A stretch of DNA of 64,000 nucleotides from Lama glama (lineage: Eukaryota): positions 69,690,001 through 69,754,000 of the forward strand of contig CM052816.1 in NCBI GenBank assembly GCA_028534125.1, read 5' to 3'. Position numbers and translations under genes: made by a program. Positions 26,775 to 38,450 of the stretch are shown here, one piece after another. The first letter of the stretch is position 1. Each line of letters starts with the position of its first letter. Under the pieces are notes generated by a model, which saw only the letters and a list, made by a program, of their open reading frames with translations, was not told the origin of the DNA and did not search any database.

Positions 26775-27464
26775 AAAGCAGCTTGGATTGGAAATTGCAG
26801 ATTTGCAGTCTATCCAAGTTGCATACTTGCAGGAAACTTTTATATATTAAAGACACATATTACATGCTTAATACATTTCATGAATAAATCAGTAAATAGA
26901 ATGAATGAATAGATAAATGAGTGAACCAGCTGTCAAGATGTTGAGAGTGACAATATAGAATTTACTGTTACTGAGAGAGTGAATGATTTTAATGTTTCCA
27001 AGTTTCATAGTCATTGTTTATAAAGTAAAAATAATAGATCAACCTTATGTGCAGTGTTGTGCAATATACAACATGCCTAATAGTACCTGGCCCATGGTGG
27101 TAAATGTTCCCTACCTCTATGCTGAAAATGTGGTCTTTTTTTTTTTTTAATTTAAAAAATAAATAAACAGAAAGAGTAATCTCCTTGCTAAAGTTGAAAA
27201 AAGACTTGTGGAGAGGCCAAGCTAATTGATGAACTCCTTATTCTCATGATTTCTATCATCTTGTCTGTGGAGATTGTCTTCTAGAGGAAAATTTCATCCT
27301 TTACCTCTCTTCTTGATCACTAACTCCTATTTCTAATTCAAGATTTATGAAAAATGTTGCTCAAAAATATAGGGACACTTACTATGGTTACTGTTACAGA
27401 GTTGTCTTCAATCTTCAACAGAATCCTAGAATTTCATGGATTACAAGTTGAAAATCAATGACAA

Positions 27465-28240
27465 TCGTTCACTCAAACCTTTATTGAATTTTAACTGTGC
27501 TAATTGTGGGAATTGTAAAGATAAATAAGGTGTATACCTGGCCCTGGGGAGCTAATTGTATATAAGAAAGGCTTGTCTAATACTTTAGAAGACATAAAGT
27601 ACTAGAAGAGAGGCATATATAGAGTTGGAGCAGAGAAACAGCAGACAATTCAGCCCTGGGAATTGAAGAAGCCTTCCTAGAGAAGGTTGCGTTTGCTTTA
27701 GAGCCTGGAAAGATGAATAGGCATTTGCCAGGAGGGAATGGGGACTATAAGGATGGGTGTCTAAAGACAGGAAAGCGAGTGTTATAAGTAGCGCTATTAG
27801 ACAAACCGTCATGCTCCTGTGTATCTGGAACAGTGGTTTTCCAAAGGGAAACCTTTTTTTAAAATGAGACCATATATAGAATTCCAAACGAAAAAGAGAT
27901 CAAAGCAAAGCTGCCTTTTTGAAGCAGGGAGGAAGGCGTGGTATTGCAGCTACCAGCCCTGTGAGCCACCCGTGGTAACACTGGGGACACTCTCAGGGAA
28001 GGAAGAAAACTTTGGTGGGAGACCATGTCGACCAGAGCTGGGGCCAGAATACGTCATTTTATGCAGATTATCATCTGAGGGCTTAAGAGTTACAAAACAT
28101 TTGTAAGCAAGTGAATAGCATCAATGATTTTAGAAAAAGAGCCCTGGGCTCCCTGAAGTGGGTCAGTGTCAAGAGATCAGAGTAGAGACTGTTCATTGGG
28201 TCTTCAGGAGTCCAAATGGCCAAAATGTAGGAACTAATCC
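27465..28240 (-). mobile_element. L2 LINE (antisense), probably interrupted by a hAT-like relic at ~27831-28000
   Basis: cctggccctggggagcta...gccttcctagagaagg...gaaagatgaataggcatttgccag...tttagaaaaaga...caggagtccaaatg. The insert begins cagtggttttccaaa (hAT TIR-like). Confidence 0.7.
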
Positions 28241-28289
28241 GCCTAGATCTGATTTGTGATTTTGGCTCTTTCTCTGCCAAACTACATTT

Positions 28290-28935
28290 AATCACAGAAT
28301 GTTAGATTTAAAAGGGACTGTCCATGTGTATTAATTCAACTACCTGCCCAATATAGATGTCACTTTAACAGTGCAGCTGACAAATGATTAGGTCATTACA
28401 TGACTTAGGATGTTTAGATGACATGAAGGATAACATAGTGGGAAGAATCCCATTCCTTCTTGGGAGCCCTAATTGTATTTAAAACCAGAAATACCAACCA
28501 ATCGACAAAACACCTTCCTTTAATTTCCATCTGGAGCAAATCTTCTGTTAAGGGATTTTACCAGGCAGTCTTTGGATATTTACACACATACCTCAAGTCC
28601 CTACTTGCCTTTTCTTCTCCAAGCAAATCATTCAGAGTTCATAGGACATAAATTTCAGACTGGTTGCTTTCTCGGTTGCCCTCTGTAGATGCTCTGTATT
28701 CTAACTGTGAATTGTTAAAATACGGACTCCAAAGCCGAAGTAAGTTCTTCAGAGGTGAGTTGAACAGTGTAGTATGCAATGAATGGGGCTGATACCTCTC
28801 GACTTGGAAGTACTACTTCTTCGAGAAGCATATGATTGAAATAATATTTTAATAGCTAGGTCACTGTGGCTCATATGGAGCCTGTAGTCAACTCAGACCC
28901 TATATTGTTCAGTGAGTCTCTTAACCCATCCTGTC
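28290..28935 (-). mobile_element. L3/CR1 LINE remnant
   Basis: 3' end atcacagaatgttagatttaaaagggac, and ORF2-like ...tcactgtggctcatatggagcctgtagtcaactcagaccc. Confidence 0.65.
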
Positions 28936-30779
28936 CTCAGGCCCTCTAGCTTGACAATAAGGGTCACACCTGCCTCCTGTTTATGGTAATTATGGATAAT
29001 ATGATGTTAAATTAAATTTATAGGCAATGTACTTGAAATTCAGGGTGACCTCGTTGTTGTGCAGGTGGAGTTTTAAGAAAGACAAAAGAACCATTGACAA
29101 GAAAGTAATCTGTATCAAAAGCATATTAAATGGCCTCAGGAAAAAAATGTGTTTCCTAGGATTTTGCATTCTGTGACCCTTATTACTTCTGTTGTAGCAA
29201 TAAAACATTTAGCCTGACTGGTCTATAAATAGATTTTCAATTTATATTGCCAGATAATACACAATTTGATGAGAATGAAGATGGTTTTCCTGAGAGGCTG
29301 AGTTAATTGGTTTATATATTTTTGTCTTGTATGTGTCTCAGTTTTTCCCTTGGCTTCTAAGCCTTTGAGGCAAATGTTACTTTCTCCAACAGAATATACT
29401 CTTGGCTGACTTCAACAAAGGAGTGACCAAGTCTGCTCCACAGTTTCTGGCAATGATGTTGCAGTAATCGGAATAAAATAAGATCCTAAGGAGAATCTGG
29501 CTCAGACAATAGGAGTCACAGAGTAAAAACAAACACAGATCTTTACTGTTAGCCCTCTACATGCTGGGAGCAGAACACTAGCTGATAGTCACATTTCACT
29601 GCATTTCATAAAACTGAGCAATTTCCCAGCATGATTTAGACAAGACCCTCTCCCTTTTTATTGTATTAGTGGCATCCATAAGCTTTTAGAAGATATATTG
29701 TGTCCTTTGCAGGTAGCCTACAGAATTACGGAACATCCTTGTGACACTGAAACTCTGTTGGTTGTGGTAGTAAACTGTTTTGCTCTGAAGATTTAGAAAT
29801 TGCATTGCAGATACAGTCAGCAGCTCTGCTGTGATCAGTCTTACTCAAATACTGTTTCTCATACTTTGTTCATACTTTGTGGGCGCAGTGGACATGGACT
29901 CCAAGCTTTTAGCTGCAGGTTTTTCATTATAAACCTAAGAAAAATACGATTCTTTGACAAAAATTATAAGCACTCTGAAAATTATAGCTGTATTGCCAAG
30001 ATCCTGTTGTCGCTCTTACGTTGATAGACCTGATACTTGATTTTCTTGTCTCACTGGAACTTTAGGTGTGTTTCATCTGTTTAAGTATGAACTTTCTTTC
30101 ATTAAGAGAGAGACAGAGTGTATTACTGATATGCCCTTGGCCACTTTAAAAACATGATTAATATCTGCTTAATGCCATTAGCTAGGAAAAATGTACCTTT
30201 GGTGCCAGACAAGTCTAAGTAAGATTTTAATGCATGATGAAATTTAAAGATAAGAAATGCTGAAAAACAGTTTTAAGTTTTGTCAAAATTCTTCTGTGAA
30301 TCACAGGAGAATACATTCAAAGAGGGCTAAAGCTGGTGTTTGGTCAGTGAGTTAAACATCCACTTTAAATGATCTATATTTCTTGTTAGAACTTGGAATA
30401 AATGGGATACAACTTTAATCATAAAATCCTATAATTTTGCATGCACATTTTATTGTGGTTTCTCTCCATTAGAAAGTAGCCTTGTGAATATTGAAATGTA
30501 AAAGTTAGAAAAGACATTTTTAAGTAAATTTCTGTTCATTTCTGTTTTTACTTATTTACCTCTAAAAGACTGACATTTCTCCTAAAGTGAGCATATCCTT
30601 TTTTTTTAACACATTTCATATTATGTTCAGTAGGAGCCTCATATACAACAGTTGAGTGTGTAATGGAAATATAACATGCGTAAGAATGAATACACTACCT
30701 TACAGATGTTTATAAGCTCTTCTTTACTTTTTATTTTTTGCTACCGTGGTTTTAATTTTACTTTCTTTCCTCTTCTTAA

Positions 30780-30905
30780 TCTGGTTTTTGATTTACTAAT
30801 CTTTTTGGTCTGTCTTCCCTGTTCAAAAGCATGAACTCCTAGAGACTAGGACTGTCTCCATCAAATATCACAAGACACAGTAAATGTTGGGTGTGTTTGT
30901 TTAGG
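30780..30905 (+). mobile_element. L2 3' end
   Basis: tgtcttccc...atgaactcctagagactagggactgtc...acacagtaaatgttg. Confidence 0.6.
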
Positions 30906-33900
30906 TAGGTGGATGCCTGAGTGGTTGGGTAAGAGAACTGGAGGGTGAGTAGTTGGACAGATAGGTGAATGGGTGGGAGAGTGGCACCTCTTCCCTATCA
31001 CCATAATTGCTGGAGTCACACCTAATAGTTGGTCTCTAATCTGGCAATTTTGGAACTTCACTGTGGCCTCAAAGTTTATTGCATCTTAGAGTGTGCTTTG
31101 AAACTACAAGGCATGGATGACGAATTTGGAGTATCTAATATCTTAAAAGAAATTATAAAAGGGTTAGACTGTTAATTTCATGTCAACAGAGAGTCTTTGA
31201 TTTTTCCCAAATGAATTTATAATTTAGAAATGTGGTGTGACTTTATGGCAATGATAATGATTTCTCCGGAGATAACGAATGTCTCAGTATTTGATTTTCC
31301 CTCATTGAACATCTTTTGATGTGATTTATATGTTTTTTCTAAATAAATAAGACCAATGTATTTTGTTTAACAAGAGGTGATAATTATAATTACTGGTTTA
31401 TCACTAATCTCACAAGTAAATTTATGGAGACAAAAAATGGAAATATTATTTATGTAATTTTATTTTGGTTCACTCCATTGTTTAATAATTCAATTGCCTG
31501 TAAGTATTTTGTTTATTTTTCATTGACTTTACACTGCCTTTTACTTAAATTTCAATAGACCCTTGATGAACCTGGTAGTACTTCTGCTAGGGATTTTGTG
31601 TATGTTATAACAGCTTATTATAATCAGGTAAACTTCAGTTCAGTTTAGGACATTTGAGTTGTCAGTTCGGAAATCCTTTGCCAAGCCCTCAGAAAAGTAT
31701 TGACAAAGATACACTTTAAGATAAATCTCCTTACATTTTGTCTAGACTACTAAGTACTAACTACATCTGTTCTGCAGAGAATCAGATTATGCCAGCAGAG
31801 TTTTATGTCTTCATTATGCCATTATTGCAGTGCATGGTGTTTGGATAAAATATGATTTCCTGGTATCTCTAACCAGGGTATAATAAGCAAGAACTTTTTA
31901 GGAATGATAGCAATTTCATTACATTTACATAACAGCCTCTTACATGCTCTTGTCAAAATATTTATTGCTGTAATCAGCCATAAAATTGCCAGGTATTAAA
32001 TTAATTACATAGATATTATATTTTCAGTTGGCTACTGAACTATGATTGATTTGTATTTCTAGATATTGATTAAACAATTAAAATAGATTATTAAATCAAA
32101 ATTATTTCTAAGGTATGTAACAGCTTGAGGGTTAGAGTAGATATTTTATCTCTTGAGGAAAGGCCTGAAATATTTGCAATATTTGGAAAGCCTCAGCTAA
32201 AAATGTTTGCATTGCTCCCCAAAACCAATGGGAATAAATGATAGGTTTGTTTTAGTTTGTTAACATGTTGTGATGTCCTCTTGAGTTGCAAGTATAATAT
32301 ATTTGAGACAATAAAAATTCTGATGAAATGGCAGTAAATAAGGATGAAGTGTTATAAGTGACCATCATCCATTTTCAAGTATATTTCAGCATCTCAGTAT
32401 TAAATACCACAGTTGTCCTTAAGTTCACAATGGTTGCCAAGATTCCTGGGCCAAGTATGCTAAAATCTTTTAAATATATTCTAGTGTGTATATTATTTGT
32501 TCTTGATAGGTAGAAACCTAATGATAATTAGAATGGAGACACTAGACATCATGGATTCTTTCTAGCTCTGCTTTTTCAGTTCAGTGGTTAGTTTTCAGTA
32601 TCCAGGAATAGATCAACTTAATCTGTGTGAATAAAAAACTGGATTATTACTTTCTACATTTGATTCGTGTAAGTATTTACTACATTTCCCTTATTGGTCA
32701 GCATTCATAAAAAAAACTATATAAACTTTTTCTTTGTTTTGGAAGATATTTTGAAGTCCAGTGTATTCTAAATAGGAAAATGAAAAAGTAGAAAGTGTAA
32801 GGACAAAATAGTTCCTTGAGACTTAATAAAAATGTACTTTAAAAATAATTTAATTTTATTTTTTTGAAATGATTGAGAAGTATGCATATAGTACTTGGAG
32901 AGAGTACTTTGTAGTTGAATAGAATGTGTTTCATTTCAAGAATAAAAGCTTTAAATACTGTGTTCATATTTCGTTTTTTATGACTCAGTAGGCACAGTGT
33001 CATTTAAGATATTAGAATTTGAGTAACCTAAAAGTAGACCATTTTCTGCCAAATAAAAACAGTTGCTTATAAGACATTTACATTCCTCATAGTTTTAATT
33101 GCAGTTTTTAATTATAAGAAGCAAAATAACAAAATAAGTTTTTGCTTATATATCATGAATCCTCTCTATAAATTTCCATTTAAAAAGAGAATCGTCACTT
33201 TGAACTTTGAGTCTATTGGCTTTTGCTATAATTAGTTGTCTTTAAAACCCCACATGAAATCGTTTTTGGTATGTAATCTGCTATGTGAGATGAAACACTG
33301 AGTCCATTTAATTTTGGAATTCAAATTTGTCAAGGCAAAATGCCCATTACAAGTTTTGGACTATTTTAAAACCTAGTAATAAATTTTGATTCTGAAATAA
33401 CTGAGTTCTTATTAGCCTGAAAATAGAACTTCTGTCCCGGCTCTTTTACCCATCTGCCACATTAATCATACAATTTTAACAGGTGCTTCTCACTTATACA
33501 AAGTATAGATTTAAAGCAAAATAGAATCCTGCTCTTGGGTGCACCCGGAGTTCCTCTTATATCTGGGTAAACAGTGGGAAAAAATGTGGTGTCTGCCTGA
33601 GTCGATATTGGGATATGTGGAAATACGGCAATAGAAATTGGACTGTTTCTTCCAAGGTTTCTTTTTTTAAATAAAAAGTATTCTGACATTATTACTAGTG
33701 CCAGATAGAAGACTATAAGTGATTTATTGATTGAATTTTAATTGAAATTGTGAAAATAATGTATAGTCACTTAAAAACATGTAATTTACACAAGGCATAT
33801 TTCATTTTGAGTAATTTAATGATTTTCTTTGAATCCTAGAGTCTTTCTTATACCTAATCAGTATTACTTTTATTTTCCCCTCTTAATAAGTTAGTGGGAG

Positions 33901-36900
33901 AGACTTCAGTTAATTTTTTTTGAGTAGTTTTTCTCAACTCAATATTTAATGGACTTATATTTTCTTTCTTAAATATTCAAATCATATTGACAGAAGAAAT
34001 ATTTGTGAGTTTACTAAAACAAAAATTTGTTAAGAGTGGACATTCATCTCTCAGATATTTAAAAGTGGGCTTTATCATTCCATTGTCTTTAGATATTTCT
34101 TAAAGATCAGATGTGCATTTTACTAATGATGTGCTAATTCCTGGATATTACTTTGTTTAGAAGACAAATGTAAATTTCATTTGACTCATCTTGATTTGGA
34201 AAAAAGCAAGTATATACTCTCCAAAACAGTCATGTTTTCCCTTCTGTTACATTTCTGATGACCAAATATATCATAGTTATAGTTAATTAATTTTGCTATT
34301 GCCTAAGGAAAACTCCTATAAGGATATGTAATTCATTCTAAAATAATCAAGGACTTTTGTAATTAATTTTAAAATAAAATGAATCATCTTTTGGCGTACA
34401 TGTCATCCATTAATCCTGTATGGGAATTTGATTACTGTGTCTGTACAGTTTTTCTTCCAGACAGTTTCTTTATTTGATATCATAACTACTCATCTGGGAT
34501 TGAATTCTTAATGTTTTACCATCACAAGTTTAACAAAACTGAACTGATTTTATAAAGCTATCGAAAGAACTTTCTTTTAGCCAGGCAGCATTATGATTCA
34601 ATATGTTTCAGAACTTGAAAAAAATTTTTAATTATTTAACTGACAGGTTTTTGATTTTTTTTTCCTTATCCTATTTCATTTGGTATACGTATTCTATGGT
34701 CTCAGGCTAAAAGTTGTTTTCTTTTAAGGAATGCATGTGTTTTGACTTGTTAGAATTTCAGTATTTGGATTAAATCACTGAAAAAGTGTATTTCTTTTTG
34801 AGTTTTTATAAAGTTGTATCTTTTCAGAGCCACCAAATTATGTTTTACTTTAGAAATTCGTTATGCCTGCCTACAACATACTGACATCCTTTTATTTTAA
34901 CAAGTAGCTTCTGTTTGAATGTATTTTATTCATGGTAGTAGAAGGGAGTGATGCTCAATGGTTTGATATTTGTTCTCTCTCTTGGTCTGTTGTCAATCTG
35001 GAGGTTTTTGTAGTTGAGTTATATAGAAGTTGAAAGCATTAAGGTCCTTGATTTGGGTAATATTTTTGTAACCTATTAATTTATTTTAGCAAGAACTGTA
35101 TAGGCAGTCTGATTGCATTGATTTATCTTTGTTACATTCATCCTAAGAGTCAAATTAAGCCACAATGAAATGTGTTAATCCCCCAATTTTAGTGAAAACA
35201 ACCGGGGCATCTTTATAATTAATAAACACTGATTCCACCTTTGCTCCTATTTGCGAAATATTCTGGGAGAGTAATGGCAGGATAGCCTGACAGACCACAT
35301 AGCTACTATTTCACAGTAAAGCCAGAATAATATCTTAATTAAGGTATTGCTCTAAACTATTACTTCTAAAGTAGTTTCTCAATGAAATATTCCACAACTC
35401 TAACACGATTTCAAGGTAATTATGTTCGGTTGTTAAGCATATATTTTCTGAGCACTGTTGATACAATCTTTTACTTGACTGAGCTATAGACTCCAACTTC
35501 CATATGCGTAAAAAAGGCATGCCCATGTCCACATGTACATACACATCTTCCTCAATCCAAATCATGCTGTCAAAGCATTAGCCAAAAGTTTCAGTTCAAT
35601 CCAGCCAATCAACCCAGTAAATAGAATGCAGTTTTTTAGAAAAAGAATTGAAAATATTGACCATCCAGAAAATGTCAGGAACCACAACTTTCAGTTTAAT
35701 TCTAGTTTACTTTAAAAGTCAAGAATTTGAATGGCTCCTTATGTATGATTAAAATAATAATGAATATCCATATTCCTTAAGTTTAATTTTTATGAAACAT
35801 TATTCCCAAATTTAAGTGGTTTCTTCTTTCATCCTCTCCTCTTATTTGCATTGTTAGAATTTTTTTTTATTATGTATGTTTTTTTTCAGTTTTTAATTGT
35901 CATTGTACCTGGCCCTTAGAATGCTCTTTGTATAGATGTACCAGAAGAAATGAGGAATAAACAAATGGTTCATAAGACCTAAGAAACATTTAAAAACCAA
36001 AAAAGCCACTTTTAAATTTCTCCCATTCTGAGAATAAAGCCCTCACAAGTTCAGTCCCCAGACTTGAGAGAGGAATAAACTTTGTAGAGTTTATTCATGT
36101 AGTCTGTAGGTACAGATAATGTCTCTCCTGTTAAACAAGAGAGAGACCTCTTTACTTCAGTAATGCCAATCGTGTATTATATAACCATACATGATAAATT
36201 ATTGGGACTTTGGTGCATATATTTTCCTTAGAAGTTGGGTGTTTCACAGATTTTTCCAAACTTCTTCCCCCTTACCCCGCCCCAATATGACTAGCCCAAG
36301 GCAAGCTTTGGTCATTGCTATTACAAATCTAGTGTATGGGTTGCAGGTAAAGGCCAGGGGGAATGTCTGTGTAATGGGGAAAATGCATTTAGTTTTCGCT
36401 TTTTGTGAAGTCCAAAGGGAAAGACATTTCTTAGGCAGGACAACAAGATCATGTCAGTCTCTGTTTCCATTAATGGTGATATATTTTGGAATTTGTTTTG
36501 TGAAGGAATGGAACATTCAGATAGACTTTGAAATGATACAGCTCTGAATAAACTTTCCATAAAATCACTTCCTTTCTTGCACCAAAGCAACAAGTCACAT
36601 GGTGTGTTCCCACAGAACATTGTCTTTAGAGCTTTGCAAGTGTTATCTTGGGTAGAAGGACAATCCTTTTTCTCACAAATGCCATGTGTTCTACCTATAA
36701 TGTTTCTGCCCAAGATAAAACTTAAATGTTTTCTGTAAGACCTCTTCCCAATCTTCCCATCATGAAATAGAATGTCGTCTATTCATCTACTTTGAATGAG
36801 TGGCCAAGATGACATTTGAGCTGGCAGTTCCAAGAACTAGATGGCATTACTTTAATGGTATGAGCATGGGGTTATCTTTCCCAAATGGTGCATAAGAGTC

Positions 36901-37049
36901 ACTCACAGACATTAATTTTAGTCTAGATAGTCTTAAATGTCTGTTTCAGTAAGTGGCTCATGATTATTAGAAAATTCTTTGGGTGTCACAAAACCTCTTT
37001 CTCATTATGAGTACCTCAGTAATAAAGTTTAAACCTTTGTTAGCAAAAT

Positions 37050-37790
37050 ATTGGCCATGTCTTCCTGTCTTCAGGCTCTGGGGACTGATTCTGCACTCCT
37101 TGTTTCAGGGAGTTCATCTCCCCACACACCAAGTGTCATGGTGGCTTCCACATCTGTAGGTTTAAGCTGTCTCTCTCTATCCACCATTTACATTCAGCTT
37201 AATTTCCAGGTGGTTCCTCTTTTGTGTCACTCTTCTTTCATATAACATGTCTGGAATCATCTTAGTCATTTTAATTTATCATTCCTTCCCAGTTTTCACA
37301 TTACCTTGAATGGCACTTTCAACCACTTAATGTGGTTCAAATATTAGAACTGATTTTACTCTCATTTTAGTGTTCTTTACCTTTTACCCAGGTAGGAGAT
37401 GATCCTTTTCCTTCCAATTCTTGCCTTCTAATCATGTCACATTCCTTAAGCCCATCTCAAGACTTATTATTATTCCTAGAGTCAAATCCAAACTCCTTAC
37501 CATGTCCTGTAAGGTTTTATATAACCTTACAACTGCTATGTGTCTACCTTTTTTCCTTTCTCACTCGTTCCCTCTCTGTTCTTCATGGAAGTTGAGCTCA
37601 TTGCTGCCTCAGGACATTTGAACTTGCTGACAGTTCTTCTTGGAATTGTCTTTTCTCACATGTGTATGTGGCTTCGGCTCTTAAGTAGCTTTCCCACATG
37701 CCCCAGATAGTCCCTATCATATCATTCTGTTTTAATGATTTCAATATTTAAAGACTATTCTTTATTCTGAGTTTGTCTTCTCCCAAAGAT
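37050..37790 (+). mobile_element. L2 LINE remnant
   Basis: ctaatcatgtcacattcc...tagagtcaaatccaaactccttaccatg...gcctcaggacatttgaacttgctg. Confidence 0.7.
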
Positions 37791-38204
37791 TTTTGTTAAT
37801 GTCCTTTCTGTTAAAAAAAATGATAATAATAGTGTATGATAATATCGTATGTCTCTGGGTCAGTCCACAACCTTTTATTTTATTTTACTTTTAAAAATGT
37901 TATTCCCCTCACTAAAAACACTGTGTTGAAGACTTTATGTGTCTGATACATACCTGCTTCTTTGACGTTCCTTGCTGCATAGAAGTGGCTTTCCAGTTAT
38001 GTCCTTCATTTTCTAAAATCTGTTTACTATGAATACTCCATTACTTGCATCATTTCACTGAATGTGTGCTATAAAAATCCTGTGTGTGTGTGTGTTTATT
38101 ACATAAGTTATATGTCAACTTGTGTTTCTGGTGTGCTTCTAAACTGAGATTGTCAGCCTTTTGAGAGCTGGATTGTGATTCCTCTTTTGTGTGTTTCTCT
38201 AGGT

Positions 38205-38450
38205 ATAGTGATGATGGTAACTATTTTTATAAATTAACTATTTTCCAGGCATTGTGCCAGGCTCTTAACAAACATGATCTCATTGAATCCTGACAACCCA
38301 CTGAACTAGATACTGTTATTACCCTCATTTTATGTCTGAGAAAATTCCTTACGGAAGTTGCCCAAGGTTATTCAGCAAGCAAGAGACAAAGGCACAATTT
38401 GAACCCAGGCAGTCTGGCTTGAGAACCTCCATGCTCAAACGACTGTTGGA
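38205..38450 (-). mobile_element. MIR
   Basis: ccaggcattgtgccagg...atctcattgaatcctgacaacc...ttattaccctcatttta...gttgcccaaggt...tttgaacccaggcagtctggct. Confidence 0.85.

Noticed and set aside
30232..30262. ATGATGA...CTGA (C/D box-like); other ATGATGA hits at ~24207, 40582, 48524
   Set aside because: Too short or lacking a terminal stem and a properly spaced D box; expected by chance.
33510..33680. Resemblance to AAV capsid [24 protein letters not shown]...PPPQILIK (RNLGRNSPI...PH...DTTFFP...RIL)
   Set aside because: It needs several gaps, the downstream capsid motifs are missing, and it conflicts with the Rep-like reading of the same frame. It shows how easily chance matches arise here.
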